64,000 nt of DNA from Octopus sinensis (lineage: Eukaryota): positions 1-64,000 of the forward strand of contig NW_021834674.1 of the NCBI RefSeq assembly GCF_006345805.1, written 5' to 3'. How positions within the stretch are numbered: position 1 is the first letter of the stretch; each line of letters begins with the position of its first letter. The notes beneath the pieces were generated by a model, which was not told the DNA's origin, ran no database searches, and was given only the letters and a program-made list of their open reading frames with translations. The position numbers and the translations under genes are program-made. Positions 21,130 through 45,345 of this stretch are shown in pieces.

Positions 21130-24100
21130 CTAATAAATTGATTGTTCATCTTGATAGTAAGGTCAGACTTATATGTCGGAGAGATCTATGAAAATTAACA
21201 ATTACATCATGTGATATATTACAATAATGATTGTAGCTGTAGGTTTCAGGACTAATGAATGCCCATTACTTGAACATTTGCGCTATCAGCCCTATCGTAA
21301 GCATTTGAGACAATGATATTCCATTGTCTCACACCCTACCGTCTTAACCACGGAAAGAATAGAACACACATTACGATGTAAATAAATCAAAGGGATGATC
21401 ATGACCGAAACGCCTCTGATCTTCGTCTTGTCATCAGAGAACAACAAGAATACTTTACAACCAACTGAAATATATTCTGTGAAACAAGGAAAATTCGTCG
21501 GCTTTGCATTTTAGTAATTAGAGAGATGAGGTCGTTTATTTGAGCAGATATCGCCATTCCAATAATCGATAAAAACAATGGCGTTTGTTTTACAAAAACC
21601 TTCAAGTAGATAAGAATATTCTCTGGGTGTTGCCAGGACATATGAAAAATAAATTTTGTAATATAAAAGAAGTCGAGTACACATGAAGTCGTGATTGGGG
21701 TACAAGGTCGTGATTTCAAATACAGGACCGAGATGTGTATTGCGCACTAGATACTTCATCTCATGTTACACAGCGACCATTTCAACACTTGACGTGTAGG
21801 AATGGTGACTAGCTGGAATATGGATTTATTTTCCGGATATTAAAGTATTTCAGCCAATCACATACATCAAGGGAAAATACTGCCACTCTCGTTTAAAAAA
21901 TATAGAGAATTATTACAACAGGATATTTCATTCAGTATGCATTTCGGATAGAAGCTGGAAGGTGAGACAAAAAATTTTTATGAGGCAATAGAATATTCAG
22001 ATAAGTGGATAAGACTTTTAATTTCTGTAAAAAAATTTGAAACTGAAGTAATATTTGGAGTCGGCTTTATAAAGGTAAATAAATTTTTGTTACTTTTCTT
22101 TTATGATTTAACATTTGTATCTACACACACATGTACATATGATTTATTTTTCCCTCTCTCTCTATCATTCTATAACTATGCAACTTAATAGAATAATTTT
22201 GTTCCTGACAATCATTTGTCGGTGAGCATTTGGTTCCAAGCAACCATAACATTGTTACATGCACGTCAGAATTATTATTTAAATATTTGTTTGTCTTGTT
22301 CATCCTGTATAAAGACTTATACATAAACACACATGCATAGGCGTGGCTATGTGGTAAGATAGATGGTTCGCAAGCAGATAGATCCAGGTTCAGTTTCACT
22401 GCATGGCAATTTGGGAAAGTGTCTTCTACTATAACCTCGGGCTGACCAAAGCCGTACGAGTGGATTTGGTAGACGAAAAAACCGAAAGAAGTTCGTATAT
22501 ATAATAATATATTATATATATTATATATATATATATAATATAATATATATATATATATATGGATGCATAAGTGTGTGTGAGTTTGTTTGTTTGTGTATGT
22601 GTGTGTCTGTCTTCGCGACTATGTTTGTTACCCTTTCATAACTTACAGCAGGTTTTTACGACCCCTCCTTAACATTGCGGTTCGGCAAAAGCGGATAATA
22701 AAATAAGTACTTGGCTTACAAAGAATAATCCCTGATGTCAATGTATTGGGCTTAAAGGCTTATGATATTGTGCTCCAGCATGGACGCAGGCAAATGACTT
22801 CAACAAGTAAAAGAATTAAAGAAAAAGTATACACATTGATATATGTGTGTGCTTATGTGTGTGTATATATCTAAATGCGTATGAATATTTATATATATGT
22901 ATTTATATGCCTATATATACGTGTGTGTGTGTGTGTGTGTGAATGTTTCGCCTCGTACACTTGTGCATGTATTCACACACACAGATGTATACACACGCAC
23001 ACAAATACATTCATATATAAATATATATATACATATTTTTTAATTATTTTTTTATATATATACAAACGTACATACATACACACACTCATATGCACACACA
23101 CTCATACACGCACACATTTTTGTGCGTGTTTGTGTATGTATATATATCCTCGTGCATTTTTATATAACCATACTTGATTACATATGACACCGTGTAGCAT
23201 ATCTTTGTCCTAAAATCCTAGATTGCCGCCTATAAAGTGGTTTCTGGCTTAGGTAGAATGCCAGTCGTTTTGTTATTGTGGGGGAGGTGGACAGTCGACT
23301 AATTGGACTTCAGCACCTCTGAGAAATGAAAGGCAAAGGGGAGTTCGACAGGAAAGGACCTCAGAACGTAAAGAGACAATTCCATTTTTGTTATTTTTCA
23401 TTTAAGATTTAACATTTATATACACACACACATATATATATGATTTAATTTTTCCATCTCCCTTTATCTTTCTAAAACTATGCAACTAAATAGAATAACG
23501 TTGTTCCCGACGATCATTTGTTGGTGAGCATTTGGTTCCAAGCAACCATAACGTTGTCACACGCATGTAAACACTATTAGTTAAACATTTGTTTGTCCTG
23601 TTCATCCTATACATAGACTTATACATAAACACACATGCATAGGCGTTGCTATGTGGTAAGAAACTTGCTCCTTAAGCACTTAGATCCAGGTTTAGTTTCG
23701 CTGCATGGCAACCTGGGAAAGTTTCTTCTACTATAGCCTCGGTCCGAGCAAAGACTTGTGAGTGGGTATTGTAGACGGACCCTAAGGAAGTCCTAGATGT
23801 CATTTAATATATTGATGGTTCATCTTGATAGAAAGGTCGAACTTATACATCGGAAAGATCTATGAAAATTAACATCCACATCATGTGATGTATTACAATA
23901 ATGATTGTAGATGTAGGTTTCAGGACTAATGAATGTCCATTACTTGTATATTTGCGCTATCAGCCCTATCGTAAGCATTTGAGACAATGATATTCCATTG
24001 TCTCACGCCCTACCGTCTTAACCACGGAAAGAACACAACACCAATTGCAATATATGTAAATCGACGGGATGATCACGACGGAAACGCCTCTGATCATAGT

Positions 24101-24680
24101 CTTCTCGTCAGTGAACAACAAGCATCCTTTACAACCAACTGAAATATATTCTGGGAAACGAGGGAAATTCGTCGGGTTGGCATTTTAGTAACTCGAGAGA
24201 TGAGGTCGTGTCTTTGAGCAGATATCGCCATCCCAATAATCGATAAAAACAATGGCGTTTGTTTTAGAAATGTGTCAAGTAGATAAGAATATTCTCTGGG
24301 TGTTACCAGGACATATGAAAAATACCATTTTGGTAATATAATAGAAGTCGAGAATACATAACATCGTGGTCAAAGGTGCTGCTCTCGATAACAAGGTTGT
24401 GATTTCAAATCCTGCAACGGGAGGTGTATTGCGCCAGAACACTTCATCTCATGTTGCACAGACACCATTTCAATACTTGTCGTGTAGGAATGGTGAATAG
24501 CTGGAAAATAGATTTATTTTCTAGATATTAAAGAATTTCAGCCAATCACAAACATCAAGGAAATTTACTGCCACTCTCGTTTTTAAAAAAAATAGAGAAT
24601 TATTTCAAACGGGTATTTCATTGTGTATGCTTTTCGGATAGCAGCTGAAACGTGAGACAAAAGTCTTATATGATTCAAGA
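21130..24680. repeat. Two older copies of the ~3 kb segmental unit (1 kb core + SINE-A pieces + microsatellites)
   Basis: The core ttcatcttgatag..gatctatgaaaattaac..gaaacgcctctgatc..agtagataagaa occurs at ~21145 and ~23817. ORF-track translations 21399, 21511 and 22121 match those at 36-44 kb. Confidence 0.85.
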
Positions 24681-24683
24681 GAA

Positions 24684-25092
24684 TTAGGTGGCTAGAGTTG
24701 GAATGACTTTGTGGAAAACTACGATCAGTGCAAACAACAACGTCGACCACAACACCCTAAGTAAAACACAAAAAATCAAACAAACATATGTACCTAAGGT
24801 TGGCTTCGTTCTCAGACTTTGTATCACCACACCAAACTCCGTAATTTTCTGCGTCAGTCTTTCTATCAGTACATGATACAACGCCATATCGTTAGCTGAC
24901 GAGAGGCATCTCTTAGGAGTAACGCTCAGATCGTTTTGGGGATCCATGAAAATTCAGTGGGTGTTGCTTCAGTAAAACGCCTAGTAGATAAGAGTGATTC
25001 CTGGGTTGCTGTCACACCTACATATGCCATGTACCATGTTTAATAATATATTCTTCTATACACACCTGTGTATTAGTGAATATATATATATA

Positions 25093-25147
<55 letters not shown>

Positions 25148-25160
25148 ATGTATTTATATG

Positions 25161-25210
<50 letters not shown>

Positions 25211-25224
25211 CGTGTATGTATGTA

Positions 25225-25279
<55 letters not shown>

Positions 25280-25606
25280 CTATATATATATATATAATGA
25301 TATTATTGCTTCCAATAATATCAAGTCGCAAGCATGCGTAAAAACAATCCCATAAGGTAAAGCCTCATTAATTAATAATTAAAGGTCCTACAAGCTGCAA
25401 CAGCACACTAAAAATAGCAGCACGAAGAGAGAGAGAGAGAGAGGAAGAGAGAAAGACAAGGGGAGAAAAAGAGAGAGAAAAAGAAAGTGTGGAACAGAGA
25501 GAGAGGGAAAGAAAATGAAAGAAATAGAGAAAGAGAGAGAGATAAATCGAAGAATAATTAGACAGATAAGCAAATAGAAACTTCTATAAATAGATTGATA
25601 GATAGA

Positions 25607-25637
<31 letters not shown>

Positions 25638-25888
25638 TCACACACACACTCATACACACACACATACATATATAAATGGTAAAAAAACGCAATAGAAGAC
25701 AATGAAAGATTCGGACTGATAGACGATAGAAAGGCGGACAGGAGAAACACCGATTAGAAGGACAGGCAAAAAAAGACGGCTCTTTCGTGGCTTTCTTTCC
25801 TCAGTCAAGTCCCAGAAGTCACGACCATCTCGGGCAGTTACACTTGAGATGGGTCGATCTGGTTGCCCCCATAAAAGTCTCTCTCTCT

Positions 25889-25952
<64 letters not shown>

Positions 25953-25955
25953 ATC

Positions 25956-26012
<57 letters not shown>

Positions 26013-26430
26013 CTGCGTGTATTCATTCGTCTTTTTTCCTCCTCTCACCAATAAGGGGTTCAACACCCGCCAACGACCTTCGCTGACCATTCCGTCTTCT
26101 TCCTGCCCGAAGTTTTGATGCAATAATCAACTTGCATTTGTCAAACGAGACATTTGCGTCGTTCAAAATCCGCTTCCCAAGATTCTTAGCACTTGCAAAC
26201 ACTTACTAAATTACGTAGCTGCACCAAGTGGGAAATTCCGTTTTAACCAGGGAAATATGTACAATTGTTCCGAGTATAAATTATTTGATAAACAATCCAC
26301 TTGACAAACAGTAGATAAGTAGACATTTAATAATTTTTAATCGAGAATAAGTGGAATAAGAAGAAACAGGTGGAGCAGAGAGACGCCCAGGAGATCATAT
26401 TACGTGAGACGAAAGAATTCAAATAAACTA
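24684..26430. repeat. Segmental duplication, partner of ~29610-31845
   Basis: cagtgcaaacaacaacgtcgaccacaacaccctaagt, cccataaggtaaagc and gattcggactgatagacgatagaaaggcggacagg blocks are shared. This copy lacks ~800 bp present at 29985-30775. Confidence 0.85.
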
Positions 26431-26433
26431 ATG

Positions 26434-26480
<47 letters not shown>

Positions 26481-26484
<4 letters not shown>

Positions 26485-26945
26485 TATTGATATGACTGTC
26501 CCAATCGATATAAACGTATATGTGAAGACCTACCAAAAACTGAGCAAATATAAAGATCTTGAAATAGAAATCAGCAAAATGTGGAAGCTGAAGACTAAAA
26601 CAATACCTGTTGTCATAGGTGCCCTGGGAATGATAGCAAAAGGGGCTGACTGCTACCTAACTCAGATACCAGGAAACCACAAAATGGCAGAAATTCAAAA
26701 GATAGTGCTCATGGGAACTGCTCATATCCTACGCAAAATACTCTCTATGTAATCCCAAGGTTTAAAACAAACTTTTTTTTTATTTATTTATTATTATTTT
26801 TTTATGTATTAGACATTCACTAGTACAACACCAAAAAAAAAAACAAATATATGGCTCAGAACTTCCAACCTGTTGTCTCTTGAGGTCTCTGGGTGAGACT
26901 TGGAGCCAACTTGTACAGACATAAAGCAAAAGTCAAACATAGAAT
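26481..26945 (+). mobile_element. 3' end of an R4/Dong-like RLE non-LTR retrotransposon
   Basis: IDMTVPID..QKLSKYKDLEIEISKMWKLKTKTIPVVIGALG..IQKIVLMGTAHILRKIL is the C-terminal restriction-like endonuclease region. It is followed by a 3' UTR and flanked by (AAT)n on both sides. Confidence 0.8.
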
Positions 26946-26949
26946 AATA

Positions 26950-26989
<40 letters not shown>

Positions 26990-27301
26990 CACAATCACAA
27001 TAATAATAATAACAATAATAACAGTCGTTCCAACTATAGGCACAAGGCCTGAAATCTTTTTGCGAGTGAATTAGTCGATTACATAGCCCCTAGTACAGAA
27101 CTGGTATTTAATTTATAGACATCGAAATGATGAAATGCGAAGTTGACCTCGGGGGAATTTGAACTCAGAAACTAATGATGGATGAAATACCACCAAGCAT
27201 TTTTCCCGGCGTGCTAACGATTCTGCCAGCTCTCCGCTTTAATAATAATAACAATAATAATAATAGTAATAATAATAATAATGATGATAATAATAATAAT
27301 A

Positions 27302-27352
<51 letters not shown>

Positions 27353-27435
27353 CAATAACAATAATAATAACAATAATAATGAAAATAATAATAATAATAA
27401 TAATAAAATAATAATAAAAATAATAATAATAATAG

Positions 27436-27476
<41 letters not shown>

Positions 27477-27915
27477 TCTACTTGAAGCACATGGACAAGT
27501 CCATTACATCGATCCCAGTGTGTAACTGGTACTGAATTTATCGTCACCGAAAGGATAAAAGGCAAAGTCAACCTCGGCGGAATTTGAACTCAGAACGTAG
27601 TGAGAGGCGAAATATCAAATTCTTTACTACCCACAAGGGCAAATAAGGACAGACAAACGGATTGAGTCGATTATATCAACCCCAGTGCGTAACTGGTACT
27701 TATTTAATCGCCTCCGAAATGATGAAAGGCAAAGTCAACCTCGGCGGAATTAGAACTCAGAACGTAACCACAGACGAAATCCTCCTAAGCGTTTCGCCTG
27801 ACGTGCTAACGTTTCTGCCAGCTCACCGCCTTTTGGCAGACGAAATACTTCTAAGCGTTTCGCCCGGCGTACCAATAATAACAACAACAACAACGACAAC
27901 AACAATAATAATAAA
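26946..27915 (-). repeat. (AAT)n arrays with three SINE-B copies or fragments (~27022-27240, 27490-27610, 27660-27870)
   Basis: ggcaaagtcaacctcggcggaatttgaactcagaacgta and variants, interleaved with AAT repeats. Confidence 0.75.
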
Positions 27916-28049
27916 GTGAAGATCAAATATATATTGCGTGTGTTTTCATTGGCAACAGACGACCATCTCCAAATAGAAGTATTTCTGTTTTAACACCCAA
28001 TTTCAAAAATGCATGAACGTAATGATATTAAATATTAAGTAGAAATATT

Positions 28050-29060
28050 CCGCCGAGGTTGTCTTTGCCTTTTATCCTTTCGGGGTCGATGAAATCAATA
28101 TCAGTTATGTACTGGGGTCGATGTAATCAACTTACTCCCTCTCCCGAAATTGCTGGTGTTGTGCCAAAATTTGAAATCAATGTGTAGGAGAAATAAAACA
28201 AAACACAGCATTACTCACTAATGGACACCATGTTAATGGTTTTAGCAAATTATAAAGTGAACGGCTTGGAGAGTGTCTCATCGTTTTGCGTGTTTCCTTG
28301 GATTGAATCTGTGTAGGGGGGCATGTTTAGGCGCGGCTGTGTGGTTAGATGCTTGCTTCCAAATCTGGTTTCGGGTTCATTTCCACTGCGTGGCACACTA
28401 AGCACGTGTCTTCTACTGTAGCCATTGGACTCTCAAAATCTTCAGGAGTGGATTTGGTAGATGGAAACTGAAAGAAGCCCATCGTGACTATTCTTTTACT
28501 TGTTTCACTCATTTGACTGCGGCCATGTTGGAGCTCCGCCTTCAGTCGTACAAATCGACCCTAGGACTTAATCTTTGTAAGCCTAGTACTTATTCTATCA
28601 GTTTCTTTTCCAGAACCGCTAGGTTATAGGAACGTAAACACACCAACACCGGTTGTCAGGGGATGGTGGAGGGACAACTATAGACACACAAATACACACA
28701 CACACATACGACGGGCTTATTTGAGTTTCCATCTATGAAATCCACTCACAATGTTTTGGTCGTCCCTAGGCTATAGCAGAAGACACTCAGTCAAGGTGTC
28801 ACGCAACGGGACTGAACCTGGAACCATGTGTTTCTTAATCTACGGCAACTCCTATGCCAATATATGTCTGTCTGTATGTATATCAGTGTGTGTGTGTGTG
28901 TCTTTTTGTGTCCGTGTTTGTCCCATCGCTTGATGACCTGTGTTGGTGTGTTTACGCTCCGGTAACCTAGCGGTTCACCATAATACTCCGATAAAATAAG
29001 TTCCAGGCTTAAATAATTAAGTACAGAGGTCAATTAGTTCGACTCAAAACTTCTCAAACC
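28050..29060. mobile_element. Cluster of SINE fragments (B + at 28050-28180; A + at 28330-28490; A - at 28495-28830; A tail + at 28850-29060)
   Basis: Matches to the family A and B sequences elsewhere in the window. Confidence 0.65.
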
Positions 29061-29609
29061 AGTGGCATCTTTATATATACACATAATCCTTTCCGAGCCA
29101 TGTTCGTTGAAGCAATTGTTCGTTACACAAGTAATTGAAATACATACAAATAGAAGAAATCCGATTCATGCCACTCCCCAAAGCCACATAAATGTATATA
29201 TTATACCTTAGCGTTCATACAAAAGAAAATCATGTAAAAGGTCGTATGTGGTGTGATTGCTCAGTTTGGTTTACTACTAAAACACCGGCTTGAACAGAAA
29301 AATGTGTAAAAATTGTGTAACAAAGGTGATATGAAGTGGTTGATCATTGAGCTGAGGGACATAAATTATAACAGATAATGATCAAGAAAAATATTTAGCG
29401 TTAATCAAGGACATTTATTTTATAATTTATAATATAAGTATAGGTGCTGGAGTGGCTGTTTAGTAAGTAGCGTGCTTACCAATCACATGGTTCGGGGTTC
29501 AGTCCAAGTGCGTGGCACCTTGGGAAAATGTGTTCTACTATAGCCTCGGTGCGACCAAAGCCTTTTTGGTGGATCTAGAAGACATGGTTGCTAATGTTGG
29601 AATAAACAA

Positions 29610-30797
29610 AAATTAAGTTGGTTATAGTTGGAATGCCCTTGTGCAAAATTACGAACAGTGCAAACAACAACGTCGACCACAACACCCTAAGTAAAACACA
29701 AATAACAAACAAACAAAGATATGTACCTAATATTGGCCTCGTTCTCAGACTTTGTATCACCACATCAAACTCCGCAATTTTCTGCGTCAGTCTTTCTATC
29801 ATTACATGATACAACGCCATATCGTTAGCTGACAAGAGACATCTCTTAGGGGTAACGCTCAGATCGTTTTGGGTTTCCATGAAAATTCAGTGGGTGTTGC
29901 TTCAGGAAAATGCCTAGTAGATAAGAAGGATTTCTGGGATGCTGTCTCGCCTACAGATGTCATGTACCATGTTTAATAATATAATTGGTGTCCAAGGCGT
30001 ATGACCACGCTGTTAATGGTGCTGCATTCGCGATAACGAGATCGCGGTTTCAATTCCCGGAGCGGGAGTTGTATTGCGTTCTTAAGCAAGACACCTCATC
30101 TCATATTACTTTGCGTCGTGCAGGAATGGTGAATTGGTGGAAAATGGATTTATTTTCCGGATATTAAAATACATCGAATCGCATACATCGACAGAAACTA
30201 CTGACACCGCTGTTAAAAAATAAAACACACACATAACGGGTTATAACAAATGTGTACTTCGGTCAGTACTCTTATCCGATTCAAGCCGCAAATTGAGACA
30301 ATAAACTTTCATGAGGTAATAGAATATTCAGATAAGTGGAGAAACCCTATTTAATTTCTGTAAAAAATTAAAATTAAAGTCTTATTTGGAACCGGCATTA
30401 TCGAGGAAAGTCAATCTTTGCTATTTTCCTGTTAAGATTTAAAATAAATATTTATACACATACATATCTTCACTGGCGAAATTAAATTTAAGACCGATGA
30501 TAATAGTCCTATATCTAAAAAATATTTTCTTACTAACACCATGCCTATATTTTACACATTATGCAGAATTTACTTCTCTTTCGAATGATGCAGACAATAA
30601 CTACTTTTAAACAACTTGAAGAATGCATGAAAGTACTCGTTCAATCAGAGTGGATATTTAATATTCTATCACTTCATTATGTTATCTTATCTTATCATAT
30701 ATTATTATAAGATTGTAAATAAATCTTGAAAATCAAAGTTGGAATTTCTTTCAGTAATGTATTCTTCCATACACAATCATACACACCTGTGTATAAG

Positions 30798-30834
<37 letters not shown>

Positions 30835-31116
30835 TATTGCTTATAATAATATCAAGTGGCAAGTATGCGTAGAAAAATCCCATAAGGTAAAGCATCATTA
30901 ATTAATAATTAAAGGTCCTACTAACATTAACAACACGAAGAGAGAGAGAGAGAATGAGAGAAAGAGAGAAGGAGAGAACAAGAGTGAGAAAAAGAAAGTG
31001 TGGAACACAGAGAGAGAGAGAAAGAAAAAAGAAAGAAATAGAGAAAGAGAGAGATAAATCGAAGAATAATTAGACAGATAAACAAATAGAAACATCTATA
31101 AATAGATTGACAGATA

Positions 31117-31159
<43 letters not shown>

Positions 31160-31391
31160 CACATATATATATATATATAAATGGTAAAAAACGCAATAGA
31201 AGACAATAAAAGATTCGGACTGATAGACGATAGAAAGGCGGACAGGAAAAACACCGATTAGAAGGACAGGCAAAAAAAGACGGCTCATTCGGGGCTTTCT
31301 TTCCACAGTCAAGTCCCAGAAGTCACAACCATCTCGGGCAGTTAAACTTGTGATGGTTCGATCTGGTTGCCCCGAACTGAAAGTCTCTCTT

Positions 31392-31424
<33 letters not shown>

Positions 31425-31517
31425 CATATGTTATCATTACCTTTCTACGTGTATTTTATATTTTAATTCTGTAAATATATTTCTAATATACTTATTTATA
31501 CATATATATATACATAA

Positions 31518-31557
<40 letters not shown>

Positions 31558-31843
31558 CAAACACACACACACACACACACACACATATATGTGTGTGTTG
31601 TGTTTGTGCGTGTATTCATTCAAACAATTACTAAATTACGTAGCTGCAGCAAGTGGGAAATTCCGTTTTAACCAGGGAAATATGTACAATTGTTCCGGGT
31701 ATAAATTATTTGATAAACAATCCACTTGACAAACAGTAGAAAAGTAGACATTATTTTAAATATGAAATAAGCGGGATAAGAAGAAATAGGCGTAGCAGAG
31801 AGTCGCTGAGGTGATAGTATATGAGACGAAAGAATTTAAACTA

Positions 31844-31845
<2 letters not shown>
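29610..31845. repeat. Segmental duplication partner of 24684-26430, with a diverged 1 kb core
   Basis: ORF 29575..29880 resembles ORF 24684..24947. 30120-30420 is homologous to the core tail (atggatttattttccggatattaaa; atagaatattcagataagtgg). Confidence 0.85.
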
Positions 31846-31882
<37 letters not shown>

Positions 31883-31916
31883 TAATATAATAATAATAAC
31901 AATAACAATAATATTT

Positions 31917-31947
<31 letters not shown>

Positions 31948-32082
31948 TAACAATAATATTTATAATAATAATAATATAATAATAATAATAATAATTATAA
32001 TAATAATAATAACAATTATAATAATAACAATAATAATAATAATAATAATATAATAATAATAATAATAATAATAATTATAATA

Positions 32083-32133
<51 letters not shown>

Positions 32134-32234
32134 TAATATAATAATAACAATAATATTTATAATAATAATATAATTATAATAATAATAATAATAATTATAA
32201 TAATAATAATATAACAATTATAATAATAACAATA

Positions 32235-32269
<35 letters not shown>

Positions 32270-32291
32270 TAATAACAATAACAATAATATT

Positions 32292-32333
<42 letters not shown>

Positions 32334-32442
32334 TAATAATAATAACAATTATAATATAACAATAATAATAATAATAAAATAATAATAATAATAATAATAA
32401 TAAATAATAATAATAATAATAATAATATAATAATAATAATAA

Positions 32443-32996
32443 GCCCTGATGCAGTACCAGGTAGAGGCTCTCATGGCTTCTGATCTTAACTGATTGGAAG
32501 TGGTATCATGTACATTGTTCTGTCTTGGTATAAAAGATGGGCTACAGCAAATATTCTGCTCAATACCACAGATTTGCTTGTCAGTTGTTTGACCTTAACC
32601 AGTTGAGCATGTCCCTTAGTGGCTGACAATACGTGCATCTCTGATCACGAGCAGAAGTAGTGTGGGAGCATCATGGCCATGTGTTGAGAGGGATTCTTTG
32701 GAGTTTGAATAATTCACCTCTGGAAACATAGGTGTTTCGTTCAACATCCTAAAGCAACCCTTAGTCAGGGACCTTTTGAGCGGGATGGGCTACTCAACCT
32801 GAAGAAAATTCTAACTGGGCCCCACCTGCAAGGTCATGTGCTGTTTATCTTGATATGAGATCACCATGTCGCGCACATATGGTTGTGATGCATGTGCCTG
32901 GTGTACCTTTATCAGACGGGTAGTCATGATGGGTATATTGGGCTTCGTATATTTTACCCCAGTGTCACTTTGATGGCATGAACTGCTCTCTCACTC
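32443..32996 (+). mobile_element. 554-bp non-coding interspersed-repeat-like element in (AAT)n, copy 1
   Basis: gccctgatgcagtaccagg...aactgctctctcactc. Appears identical to 33266-33819 by eye; no ORF. Confidence 0.6.
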
Positions 32997-33110
32997 AATA
33001 ATAATAAATATAATAATAATAATAATAATAATAACAATTATAATAATACAATAATAATAATAATAATAATAATAATATAATAATAATATAATAACAATAA
33101 CAATAATATT

Positions 33111-33146
<36 letters not shown>

Positions 33147-33179
33147 TATAATAATAAAAATAACAATTATAATAATAAC

Positions 33180-33265
<86 letters not shown>

Positions 33266-33819
33266 GCCCTGATGCAGTACCAGGTAGAGGCTCTCATGGC
33301 TTCTGATCTTAACTGATTGGAAGTGGTATCATGTACATTGTTCTGTCTTGGTATAAAAGATGGGCTACAGCAAATATTCTGCTCAATACCACAGATTTGC
33401 TTGTCAGTTGTTTGACCTTAACCAGTTGAGCATGTCCCTTAGTGGCTGACAATACGTGCATCTCTGATCACGAGCAGAAGTAGTGTGGGAGCATCATGGC
33501 CATGTGTTGAGAGGGATTCTTTGGAGTTTGAATAATTCACCTCTGGAAACATAGGTGTTTCGTTCAACATCCTAAAGCAACCCTTAGTCAGGGACCTTTT
33601 GAGCGGGATGGGCTACTCAACCTGAAGAAAATTCTAACTGGGCCCCACCTGCAAGGTCATGTGCTGTTTATCTTGATATGAGATCACCATGTCGCGCACA
33701 TATGGTTGTGATGCATGTGCCTGGTGTACCTTTATCAGACGGGTAGTCATGATGGGTATATTGGGCTTCGTATATTTTACCCCAGTGTCACTTTGATGGC
33801 ATGAACTGCTCTCTCACTC
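33266..33819 (+). mobile_element. 554-bp element in (AAT)n, copy 2
   Basis: Direct repeat of 32443-32996. Confidence 0.6.
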
Positions 33820-33872
33820 AATAATAATAAAATAATAATAATAATAATAATAATAACAATTATAATAATAAC

Positions 33873-33922
<50 letters not shown>

Positions 33923-33935
33923 TAACAATAATATT

Positions 33936-34045
<110 letters not shown>

Positions 34046-34078
34046 TATAATAATAATAATAACAATTATAATAATAAC

Positions 34079-34168
<90 letters not shown>

Positions 34169-34215
34169 TAGTAATGATAATAATAATAATAACAACAACA
34201 ACAACAACAATAATA

Positions 34216-45345
<11,130 letters not shown>

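Noticed and set aside
21390-21445. Hammerhead in the segmental core (ctgatga on minus, gaaac on plus)
   Set aside because: The two core halves lie on opposite strands and no stem II forms.
23950-24200. IL-17-like or named GPCR assignment for the core (PRFPEYISVGCKGCL; ..SLADERHLLGV.. at ~24.9 kb)
   Set aside because: Motif spacing does not fit, the cysteines are not conserved between copies, and the two ideas use different frames and strands.
25775-25815. Minus-strand CTGAGGA...GAAA hammerhead-like motif
   Set aside because: No stem II pairing, and the paralog at ~31290 has lost both core motifs.
32443-33819. CRISPR-like or LTR-pair interpretation of the 554-bp direct repeats
   Set aside because: No short repeat-spacer structure, no TG..CA termini, and only AAT between the copies.
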